A DNA stretch of 64,000 bases from NCBI GenBank assembly GCA_964016885.1, contig OZ024742.1, forward strand, positions 165,726,001 through 165,790,000, in the 5' to 3' direction. A program made the position numbers and the translations under genes. Shown piece by piece: positions 40,601 to 52,989 of this stretch (position 1 is the stretch's first letter; each line of letters starts with the position of its first letter). This stretch comes from Eledone cirrhosa. Lineage: Eukaryota. The notes under the pieces were generated by a model. The model ran no database searches and was not told where the DNA came from. It saw only the letters and a list, made by a program, of their open reading frames with translations.

Positions 40601-41936
40601 GTGTAAGTCACAACTCCTGATAGGAACATCACTGCTTTCTACAGTTCCAGGATGAGGTGTAAGTCACAACTCCTGATAGGAACATCACTGCTTTCTACAG
40701 TTCCAGAATGAGGTGTCAGTCACAACTCCTGATAGGAACATCACTGCTTTCTACTGTTCCAGAATGAGGTGTCAGTCACAACTCCTGATAGGAACATCAC
40801 TGCTTTCTACAGTTCCAGGATGAGGTGTCAGTCACAACTCCTGATAGGAACATCACTGCTTTCTACTGTTCCAGGATGAGGTGTAAGTCACACCTCCTGA
40901 TAGGAACATCACTGCTTTCTACAGTTCCAGGATGAGGTGTAAGTCACAACTCCTGATAGGAACAGCACTGCTTTCAACAGTTCCAGGATGAGGTGTAAGT
41001 CACAACTCCTGATAGGAACATCACTGCTTTCTACAGTTCCAGGATGAGGTGTAAGTCACAACTCCTGATAGGAACATCACTGCTTTCTACTGTTCCAGAA
41101 TGAAGTGTCAGTCACAACTGATGATAGGAACATCACTGCTTTCTACAGTTCCAGGATGAGGTGTAAGTCACAACTCCTGATAGGAACATCACTGCTTTCT
41201 ACAGTTCCAGGATGAGGTGTAAGTCACAACTCCTGATAGGAACATCACTGCTTTCTACAGTTCGAGGATGAGATGTTCTCACAACTCCTGATAGGAACAT
41301 CACTGCTTTCTACAGTTCCAGGATGAGGTGTAAGTCACAACTCCTGATAGGAACATCACTGCTTTCTACAGTTCCAGAATGAGGTGTCAGTCACAACTCC
41401 TGATAGGAACATCACTGCTTTCTACAGTTCCAGGATGAGGTGTCAGTCACAACTCCTGATAGGAACATCACTGCTTTCTACAGTTCCAGCATGAGGTGTC
41501 AGTCACAACTCCTGATAGGAACATCACTGCTTTCTAGAGTTCCAGCATGAGGTGTCAGTCACAACTCCTGATAAGTACATCACTGCTTTCTACAGTTCCA
41601 GCATGAAGTGTCAGTCACAACTCCTGATAGGAACATCACTGCTTTCTACAGTTCCAGCATGAGGTGTCAGTCACAACTCCTGATAGGAACATCACTGCTT
41701 TCTACAATTCCAGAATGAGGTGTCAGTCACAACTCCTGATAGGAACATCACTGCTTTCTACAGTTCCAGGATGAGGTGTCAGTCACAACTCCTGATAGGA
41801 ACATCACTGCTTTCTACAGTTCCAGCATGAGGTGTCAGTCACAACTCCTGATAGGAACATCACTGCTTTTTCTACAGTTCCAGGATGAGGTGTAAGTCAC
41901 AACTCCTGATAGGAACATCACTGCTTTCTACAGTTC
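25665..41936. repeat. About 7.4-kb block duplicated at an offset of 8,906 bp (159 monomers): about 25665-33030 and 34571-41936
   Basis: Offsets of 8906 for TTTATAC (25681/34587), the identical ORFs (27906/36812), TGGATT (29781/38687), the ATGTTCTC deletion (32371/41277) and a TT insertion (32961/41867). Confidence 0.92.
33130..35930. repeat. 25-monomer tandem duplication (period 1,400 bp)
   Basis: TTTATAC at 33187 and 34587. ACACCTC, GAACAGC, ACTGATGAT and TTCGAG recur at +1400. Confidence 0.85.
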
Positions 41937-43895
41937 CAGGATGAGGTGTCTCTCACAACTCCTGATAGGAACATCACTGCTTTCTACAGTTCCAGGATGA
42001 GGTGTAAGTCACAACTCCTGATAGGAACATCACTGCTTTCTACAGTTCCAGAATGAGGTGTCAGTCACAACTCCTGATAGGAACATCACTGCTTTCTACA
42101 GTTCCAGAATGAGGTGTCAGTCACAACTCCTGATAGGAACATCACTGCTTTCTACAGTTCCAGGATGAGGTGTAAGTCACAACTCCTGATAGGAACATCA
42201 CTGCTTTCTACAGTTCCAGAATGAGGTGTCAATCACAACTCCTGATAGGAACATCACTGCTTTCTACAGTTCCAGGATGAGGTGTAAGTCACAACTCCTG
42301 ATAGGAACATGACTGCTTTCTACAGTTCCAGGATGAGATGTCTCTCACAACTCCTGATAGGAACATCACTGCTTTCTACAGTTCCAGGATGAGGTGTAAG
42401 TCACAACTCCTGATAGGAACATCACTGCTTTCTACAGTTCCAGAATGAGGTGTCAGTCACAACTCCTGATAGGAACATCACTGCTTTCTACAGTTCCAGA
42501 ATGAGGTGTCAGTCACAACTCCTGATAGGAAGATCACTGCTTTCTACAGTTCCAGGATGAGGTGTAAGTCACAACTCCTGATAGGAACATCACTGCTTTC
42601 TACTGTTCCAGGATGAGGTGTCAGTCACAACTCCTTATAGGAACATCACTGCTTTATACAGTTCCAGGATGAGGTGTAAGTCACAACTCCTGATAGGAAC
42701 ATCACTGCTTTCTACAGTTCCAGGATGAGGTGTAAGTCACAACTCCTGATAGGAACATCACTGCTTTCTACAGTTCCAGAATGAGGTGTCAGTCACAACT
42801 CCTGATAGGAACATCACTGCTTTCTACTGTTCCAGAATGAGGTGTCAGTCACAACTCCTGATAGGAACATCACTGCTTTCTACAGTTCCAGGATGAGGTG
42901 TCAGTCACAACTCCTGATAGGAACATCACTGCTTTCTACTGTTCCAGGATGAGGTGTAAGTCACACCTCCTGATAGGAACATCACTGCTTTCTACAGTTC
43001 CAGGATGAGGTGTAAGTCACAACTCCTGATAGGAACAGCACTGCTTTCAACAGTTCCAGGATGAGGTGTAAGTCACAACTCCTGATAGGAACATCACTGC
43101 TTTCTACAGTTCCAGGATGAGGTGTAAGTCACAACTCCTGATAGGAACATCACTGCTTTCTACTGTTCCAGAATGAAGTGTCAGTCACAACTGATGATGG
43201 GAACATCACTGCTTTCTACAGTTCCAGGATGAGGTGTAAGTCACAACTCCTGATAGGAACATCACTGCTTTCTACAGTTCCAGGATGAGGTGTAAGTCAC
43301 AACTCCTGATAGGAACATCACTGCTTTCTACAGTTCGAGGATGAGATGTTCTCACAACTCCTGATAGGAACATCACTGCTTTCTACAGTTCCAGGATGAG
43401 GTGTAAGTCACAACTCCTGATAGGAACATCACTGCTTTCTACAGTTCCAGAATGAGGTGTCAGTCACAACTCCTGATAGGAACATCACTGCTTTCTACAG
43501 TTCCAGGATGAGGTGTCAGTCACAACTCCTGATAGGAACATCACTGCTTTCTACAGTTCCAGCATGAGGTGTCAGTCACAACTCCTGATAGGAACATCAC
43601 TGCTTTCTAGAGTTCCAGCATGAGGTGTCAGTCACAACTCCTGATAAGTACATCACTGCTTTCTACAGTTCCAGCATGAAGTGTCAGTCACAACTCCTGA
43701 TAGGAACATCACTGCTTTCTACAGTTCCAGCATGAGGTGTCAGTCACAACTCCTGATAGGAACATCACTGCTTTCTACAATTCCAGAATGAGGTGTCAGT
43801 CACAACTCCTGATAGGAACATCACTGCTTTCTACAGTTCCAGGATGAGGTGTCAGTCACAACTCCTGATAGGAACATCACTGCTTTCTACAGTTC
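39715..43895. repeat. 37-monomer tandem duplication (period 2,073 bp)
   Basis: TT insertion at 39794 and 41867, and ATGTTCTC deletion at 41277 and 43350 (2073 = 37x56+1). GAACATGAC, CCTTATA and TTTCAACAG recur. Confidence 0.88.
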
Positions 43896-46800
43896 CAGGA
43901 TGAGGTGTAAGTCACAACTCCTGATAGGAACATCACTGCTTTCTACAGTTCCAGGATGAGATATCTGTCACAACTCCTGATAGGAACATCACTGCTTTCT
44001 ACAGTTCCAGCATGAGGTGTCAGTCACAACTCCTGATAGGAACATCACTGCTTTCTACAGTTCCAGGATGAGGTGTAAGTCACAACTCCTGATAGGAACA
44101 TCACTGCTTTCTACAGTTCGAGGATGAGATGTCTCTCACAACTCCTGATAGGAACATCACTGCTTTCTACAGTTCCAGGATGAGGTGTAAGTCACAACTC
44201 CTGATAGGAACATCACTGCTTTCTACAGTTCCAGAATGAGGTGTCAGTCACAACTCCTGATAGGAACATCACTGCTTTCTACAGTTCCAGGATGAGGTGT
44301 CAGTCACAACTCCTGATAGGAACATCACTGCTTTCTACAGTTCCAGGATGAGGTGTCAGTCACAACTCCTGATTGGAACATCACTGCTTTCTACAGTTCC
44401 AGGATGAGGTGTCAGTCACAACTCCTGATAGGAACATCACTGCTTTCTACTGTTCCAGAAGGAGGTGTCAGTCACAACTCCTGATAGAACATCACTGCTT
44501 TCTAAAGTTCCAGAATGAGGTGTCAGTCACAACTCCTGATAGGAACATCACTGCTTTCTACAGTTCCAGGATGAGGTGTCAGTCACAACTCCTGATAGGA
44601 ACATCACTGCTTTCTACAGTTCCAGCATGAGGTGTCAGTCACAACTCCTGATAGGAACATCACTGCTTTCTACAATTCCAGAATGAGGTGTCAGTCACAA
44701 CTCCTGATAGGAACATCACTGCTTTCTACAGTTCCAGGATGAGGTTTCAGTCACAACTCCTGATAGGAACATCACTGCTTTCTACTGTTCCAGGATGAGG
44801 TGTCAGTCACAACTCCTGATAAGAACATCACTGCTTTCTACAGTTCCAGGATGAGATGTCTGTCACAACTCCTGATAGGAACATCACTGCTTTCTACAGT
44901 TCCAGAATGAGGTGTCAGTCACAACTCCTGATAGGAACATCACTGCTTTCTACAGTTCCAGGATAAGGTGTAAGTCACAACTCCTGATAGGAACATCACT
45001 GCTTTCTACAGTTCCAGGATGAGATGTCTCTCACAACTCCTGATAGGAACATCACTGCTTTCTACAGTTCCAGGATGAGGTGTAAGTCACAACTCCTGAT
45101 AGGAACATCACTGCTTTCTACAGTTCCAGAGTGAGGTGTCAGTCACAACTCCTGATAGGAACATCACTGCTTTCTACAGTTCCAGGATGAGGTGTCAGTC
45201 ACAACTCCTGATAGGAACATCACTGCTTTCTACAGTTCCAGCATGAGGTGTCAGTCACAACTCCTGATAGGAACATCACTGCTTTCTAGAGTTCCAGCAT
45301 GAGGTGTCAGTCACAACTCCTGATAAGTACATCACTGCTTTCTACAGTTCCAGCATGAAGTGTCAGTCACAACTCCTGACAGGAACATCACTGCTTTCTA
45401 CAGTTCCAGCATGAGGTGTCAGTCACAACTCCTGATAGGAACATCACTGCTTTCTACAATTCCAGAATGAGGTGTCAGTCACAACTCCTGATAGGAACAT
45501 CACTGCTTTCTACAGTTCCAGGATGAGGTGTCAGTCACAACTCCTGATAGGAACATCACTGCTTTCTACAGTTCCAGGATGAGGTGTAAGTCACAACTCC
45601 TAATAGGAACATCACTGCTTTCTACAGTTCCAGGATGAGATATCTGTCACAACTCCTGATAGGAACATCACTGCTTTCTACAGTTCCAGCATGAGGTGTC
45701 AGTCACAACTCCTGATAGGAACATCACTGCTTTCTACAGTTCCAGGATGAGGTGTAAGTCACAACTCCTGATAGGAACATCACTGCTTTCTACAGTTCGA
45801 GGATGAGATGTCTCTCACAACTCCTGATAGGAACATCACTGCTTTCTACAGTTCCAGGATGAGGTGTAAGTCACAACTCCTGATAGGAACATCACTGCTT
45901 TCTACAGTTCCAGAATGAGGTGTCAGTCACAACTCCTGATAGGAACATCACTGCTTTCTACAGTTCCAGCATGAGGTGTCAGTCACAACTCCTGATAGGA
46001 ACATCACTGCTTTCTAGAGTTCCAGCATGAGGTGTCAGTCACAACTCCTGATAAGTACATCACTGCTTTCTACAGTTCCAGCATGAAGTGTCAGTCACAA
46101 CTCCTGATAGGAACATCACTGCTTTCTACAGTTCCAGCATGAGGTGTCAGTCACAACTCCTGATAGGAACATCACTGCTTTCTACAATTCCAGAATGAGG
46201 TGTCAGTCACAACTCCTGATAGGAACATCACTGCTTTCTACAGTTCCAGGATGAGGTGTCAGTCACAACTCCTGATAGGAACATCACTGCTTTCTACAGT
46301 TCCAGGATGAGGTGTAAGTCACAACTCCTGATAGGAACATCACTGCTTTCTACAGTTCCAGGATGAGATATCTGTCACAACTCCTGATAGGAACATCACT
46401 GCTTTCTACAGTTCCAGCATGAGGTGTCAGTCACAACTCCTGATAGGAACATCACTGCTTTCTACAGTTCCAGGATGAGGTGTAAGTCACAACTCCTGAT
46501 AGGAACATCACTGCTTTCTACAGTTCGAGGATGAGATGTCTCTCACAACTCCTGATAGGAACATCACTGCTTTCTACAGTTCCAGGATGAGGTGTAAGTC
46601 ACAACTCCTGATAGGAACATCACTGCTTTCTACAGTTCCAGAATGAGGTGTCAGTCACAACTCCTGATAGGAACATCACTGCTTTCTACAGTTCCAGGAT
46701 GAGGTGTCAGTCACAACTCCTGATAGGAACATCACTGCTTTCTACAGTTCCAGGATGAGGTGTCAGTCACAACTCCTGATTGGAACATCACTGCTTTCTA

Positions 46801-47930
46801 CAGTTCCAGGATGAGGTGTCAGTCACAACTCCTGATAGGAACATCACTGCTTTCTACTGTTCCAGAAGGAGGTGTCAGTCACAACTCCTGATAGAACATC
46901 ACTGCTTTCTAAAGTTCCAGAATGAGGTGTCAGTCACAACTCCTGATAGGAACATCACTGCTTTCTACAGTTCCAGGATGAGGTGTCAGTCACAACTCCT
47001 GATAGGAACATCACTGCTTTCTACAGTTCCAGCATGAGGTGTCAGTCACAACTCCTGATAGGAACATCACTGCTTTCTACAATTCCAGAATGAGGTGTCA
47101 GTCACAACTCCTGATAGGAACATCACTGCTTTCTACAGTTCCAGGATGAGGTTTCAGTCACAACTCCTGATAGGAACATCACTGCTTTCTACTGTTCCAG
47201 GATGAGGTGTCAGTCACAACTCCTGATAAGAACATCACTGCTTTCTACAGTTCCAGGATGAGATGTCTGTCACAACTCCTGATAGGAACATCACTGCTTT
47301 CTACAGTTCCAGAATGAGGTGTCAGTCACAACTCCTGATAGGAACATCACTGCTTTCTACAGTTCCAGGATAAGGTGTAAGTCACAACTCCTGATAGGAA
47401 CATCACTGCTTTCTACAGTTCCAGGATGAGATGTCTCTCACAACTCCTGATAGGAACATCACTGCTTTCTACAGTTCCAGGATGAGGTGTAAGTCACAAC
47501 TCCTGATAGGAACATCACTGCTTTCTACAGTTCCAGAGTGAGGTGTCAGTCACAACTCCTGATAGGAACATCACTGCTTTCTACAGTTCCAGGATGAGGT
47601 GTCAGTCACAACTCCTGATAGGAACATCACTGCTTTCTACAGTTCCAGCATGAGGTGTCAGTCACAACTCCTGATAGGAACATCACTGCTTTCTAGAGTT
47701 CCAGCATGAGGTGTCAGTCACAACTCCTGATAAGTACATCACTGCTTTCTACAGTTCCAGCATGAAGTGTCAGTCACAACTCCTGACAGGAACATCACTG
47801 CTTTCTACAGTTCCAGCATGAGGTGTCAGTCACAACTCCTGATAGGAACATCACTGCTTTCTACAATTCCAGAATGAGGTGTCAGTCACAACTCCTGATA
47901 GGAACATCACTGCTTTCTACAGTTCCAGGA
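43520..47930. repeat. 43-monomer tandem duplication (period 2,407 bp)
   Basis: Identical ORFs at 44373 and 46780, and CTGACAGG marker at about 45377 and 47784 (2407 = 43x56-1). Confidence 0.88.
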
Positions 47931-50900
47931 TGAGGTGTAAGTCACAACTCCTAATAGGAACATCACTGCTTTCTACAGTTCCAGGATGAGATATCTGTCA
48001 CAACTCCTCATAGGAACATCACTGCTTTCTACAGTTCCAGCATGAGGTGTCAGTCACAACTCCTGATAGGAACATCACTGCTTTCTACAGTTCCAGGATG
48101 AGGTGTAAGTCACAACTCCTGATAGGAACATCACTGCTTTCTACAGTTCGAGGATGAGATGTCTCTCACAACTCCTGATAGGAACATCACTGCTTTCTAC
48201 AGTTCCAGGATGAGGTGTAAGTCACAACTCCTGATAGGAACATCACTGCTTTCTACAGTTCCAGAATGAGGTGTCAGTCACAACTCCTGATAGGAACATC
48301 ACTGCTTTCTACAGTTCCAGGATGAGGTGTCAGTCACAACTCCTGATAGGAACATCACTGCTTTCTAGAGTTCCAGAATGAGGTGTCAGTCACAACTCCT
48401 GATAGGAACATCACTGCTTTCTACAGTTCCAGAATGAGGTGTCAGTCACAACTCCTGATAGGAACATCACTACTTTCTACAGTTCCAGGATGAGGTGTTA
48501 GTCACAACTCCTGATAGGAACATCACTGCTTTCTACAGTTCCAGGATGAGATGTCTGTCACAACTCCTGATAGGAACATCACTACTTTCTACAGTTCCAG
48601 GATGAGGTGTTAGTCACAACTCCTGATAGGAACATCACTGCTTTCTACAGTTCCAGAATGAGGTGTCAGTCACAACTCCTGATAGGAACATCACTACTTT
48701 CTACAGTTCCAGGATGAGGTGTTAGTCACAACTCCTGATAGGAACATCACTGCTTTCTACAGTTCCAGGATGGGGTGTCAGTCACAACTCCTGATAGGAA
48801 CATCACTGCTTTCTAGAGTTCCAGAATGAGGTGTCAGTCACAACTCCTGATAGGAACATCACTGCTTTCTACAGTTCCAGAATGAGGTGTCAGTCACAAC
48901 TCCTGATAGGAACATCACTACTTTCTACAGTTCCAGGATGAGGTGTTAGTCACAACTCCTGATAGGAACATCACTGCTTTCTACAGTTCCAGGATGAGAT
49001 GTCTGTCACAACTCCTGATAGGAACATCACTGCTTTCTACAGTTCCAGGATGGGGTGTCAGTCACAACTCCTGATAGGAACATCACTGCTTTCTACAATT
49101 CCAGAATGAGGTGTCAGTCACAACTCCTGATAGGAACATCACTGCTTTCTACAGTTCCAGGATGAGGTTTCAGTCACAACTCCTGATAGGAACATCACTG
49201 CTTTCTACTGTTCCAGGATGAGGTGTCAGTCACAACTCCTGATAAGAACATCACTGCTTTCTACAGTTCCAGGATGAGATGTCTGTCACAACTCCTGATA
49301 GGAACATCACTGCTTTCTACAGTTCCAGAATGAGGTGTCAGTCACAACTCCTGATAGGAACATCACTGCTTTCTACAGTTCCAGGATAAGGTGTCAGTCA
49401 CAACTCCTGATAGGAACATCACTGCTTTCTACAATTCCAGAATGAGGTGTCAGTCACAACTCCTGATAGGAACATCACTGCTTTCTACAGTTCCAGGATG
49501 AGGTGTCAGTCACAACTCCTGATAGGAACATCACTGCTTTCTACAGTTCCAGGATGAGGTGTAAGTCACAACTCCTGATAGGAACATCACTGCTTTCTAC
49601 AGTTCCAGGATGAGATATCTGTCACAACTCCTGATAGGAACATCACTGCTTTCTACAGTTCCAGCATGAGGTGTCAGTCACAACTCCTGATAGGAACATC
49701 ACTGCTTTCTACAGTTCCAGGATGAGGTGTAAGTCACAACTCCTGATAGGAACATCACTGCTTTCTACAGTTCGAGGATGAGATGTCTCTCACAACTCCT
49801 GATAGGAACATCACTGCTTTCTACAGTTCCAGGATGAGGTGTAAGTCACAACTCCTGATAGGAACATCACTGCTTTCTACAGTTCCAGAATGAGGTGTCA
49901 GTCACAACTCCTGATAGGAACATCACTGCTTTCTACAGTTCCAGGATGAGGTGTCAGTCACAACTCCTGATAGGAACATCACTGCTTTCTAGAGTTCCAG
50001 AATGAGGTGTCAGTCACAACTCCTGATAGGAACATCACTGCTTTCTACAGTTCCAGAATGAGGTGTCAGTCACAACTCCTGATAGGAGCATCACTACTTT
50101 CTACAGTTCCAGGATGAGGTGTTAGTCACAACTCCTGATAGGAACATCACTGCTTTCTACAGTTCCAGGATGAGATGTCTGTCACAACTCCTGATAGGAA
50201 CATCACTGCTTTCTACAGTTCCAGGATGGGGTGTCAGTCACAACTCCTGATAGGAACATCACTGCTTTCTACAGCTCCAGAATGAGGTGTCAGTCGCAAC
50301 TCCTGATAGGAACATCACTGCTTTCTACAGTTCCTGGATTAGGTGTAAGTCACAACTCCTGATAGGAACATCACTGCTTTCTACAGTTCCAGCATGAGGT
50401 CTCAGTCACAACTCCTGATAGGAACATCACTGCTTTCTACAATTCCAGAATGAGGTGTCAGTCACAACTCCTGATAGGAACATCACTGCTTTCTACAGTT
50501 CCAGGATGAGGTGTCAGTCACAACTCCTGATAGGAACATCACTGCTTTCTACAGTTCCAGGATGAGGTGTAAGTCACAACTCCTGATAGGAACATCACTG
50601 CTTTCTACAGTTCCAGGATGAGATATCTGTCACAACTCCTGATAGGAACATCACTGCTTTCTACAGTTCCAGCATGAGGTGTCAGTCACAACTCCTGATA
50701 GGAACATCACTGCTTTCTACAGTTCCAGGATGAGGTGTAAGTCACAACTCCTGATAGGAACATCACTGCTTTCTACAGTTCGAGGATGAGATGTCTCTCA
50801 CAACTCCTGATAGGAACATCACTGCTTTCTACAGTTCCAGGATGGGGTGTAAGTCACAACTCCTGATAGGAACATCACTGCTTTCTACAGTTCCAGAATG

Positions 50901-52989
50901 AGGTGTCAGTCACAACTCCTGATAGGAACATCACTGCTTTCTACAGTTCCAGGATGAGGTGTCAGTCACAACTCCTGATAGGAACATCACTGCTTTCTAC
51001 AGTTCCAGCATGAGGTGTCAGTCACAACTCCTGATAGGAACATCACTGCTTTCTAGAGTTCCAGCATGAGGTGTCAGTCACAACTCCTGATAAATACATC
51101 ACTGCTTTCTACAGTTCCAGCATGAAGTGTCAGTCACAACTCCTGATAGGAACATCACTGCTTTCTACAGTTCCAGCATGAGGTGTCAGTCACAACTCCT
51201 GATAGGAACATCACTGCTTTCTACAATTCCAGAATGAGGTGTCAGTCACAACTCCTGATAGGAACATCACTGCTTTCTACAGTTCCAGGATGAGGTGTCA
51301 GTCACAACTCCTGATAGGAACATCACTGCTTTCTACAGTTCCAGGATGAGATATCTGTCACAACTCCTGATAGGAACATCACTGCTTTCTACAGTTCCAG
51401 CATGAGGTGTCAGTCACAACTCCTGATAGGAACATCACTGCTTTCTACAGTTCCAGGATGAGGTGTAAGTCACAACTCCTGATAGGAACATCACTTCTTT
51501 CTACAGTTCGAGGATGAGATGTCTCTCACAACTCCTGATAGGAACATCACTGCTTTCTACAGTTCCAGGATGAGGTGTAAGTCACAACTCCTGATAGGAA
51601 CATCACTGCTTTCTACAGTTCCAGAATGAGGTGTCAGTCACAACTCCTGATAGGAACATCACTGCTTTCTACAGTTCCAGGATGAGGTGTCAGTCACAAC
51701 TGCTGATAGGAACATCACTGCTTTCTACAGTTCCAGGATGAGGTGTCAGTCACAACTCCTGATTGGAACATCACTGCTTTCTACAGTTCCAGGATGAGGT
51801 GTCAGTCACAACTCCTAATAGGAACATCACTGCTTTCTACTGTTCCAGAAGGAGGTGTCAGTCACAACTCCTGATAGAACATCACTGCTTTCTAAAGTTC
51901 CAGAATGAGGTGTCAGTCACAACTCCTGATAGGAACATCACTGCTTTCTACAGTTCCAGGATGAGGTGTCAGTCACAACTCCTGATAGAACATCACTGCT
52001 TTCTACTGTTCCAGGATGGAGAATGTCAACAACTCCTGATAGGAACATCACTGCTTTCTACAGTTCCAGAATGAGGTGTCAGTCACAACTCCTGATAGGA
52101 ACATCACTGCTTTCTAGAGTTCCAGAATGAGGTGTCAGTCACAACTCCTGATAGGAACATCACTGCTTTCTACAGTTCCAGAATGAGGTGTCAGTCACAA
52201 CTCCTGATAGGAACATCACTACTTTCTACAGTTCCAGGATGAGGTGTCAGTCACAACTCCTGATAGGAACATCACTGCTTTCTACAGTTCCAGGATGAGA
52301 TGTCTGTCTCAAATCCTGATAGGAACATCACTGCTTTCTACAGTTCCAGGATGGGGTGTCAGTCACAACTCCTGATAGGAACATCACCCACTTTCTACAG
52401 CTCCAGAATGAGGTGTCAGTCGCAACTCCTGATAGGAACATCACTGCTTTCTACAGTTCCTGGATTAGGTGTAAGTCACAACTCCTGATAGGAACATCAC
52501 TGCTTTCTACAGTTCCAGGATGAGATGTCTGTCACAACTCCTGATAGGAACATCACTGCTTTCTACAGTTGCAGGATGAGGTGTCAGTCACAACTCCTGA
52601 TAGGAACATTACTGCTTACTACAGTTCCAGAATGAAGTGTCAGTCACAACTCCTGATAGGAACATCACTGCTTTCTACAGTTCCAGGATGAGGTGTCAGT
52701 CACAACTCCTGATAGGAACATCACTGCTTTCTACAGTTCCAGAATGAGGTGTCAGTCACAACTTCTTATAGGAACATCACTGCTTTCTACAGTTCCAGGA
52801 TGAGATGTCTGTCACAACTCCTGATAGGAACATCACTGCTTTCTACAGTTCCAGGATGAGGTGTCAGTCACAACTCCTGATAGGAACATCACTGCTTTCT
52901 ACTGTTCCAGGATGAGGTGTCAGTCACAATTCCTGATAGGAACATCACTACTTTCTACAGTTCCAGCATGAGGTGTCAGTCACAACTCC

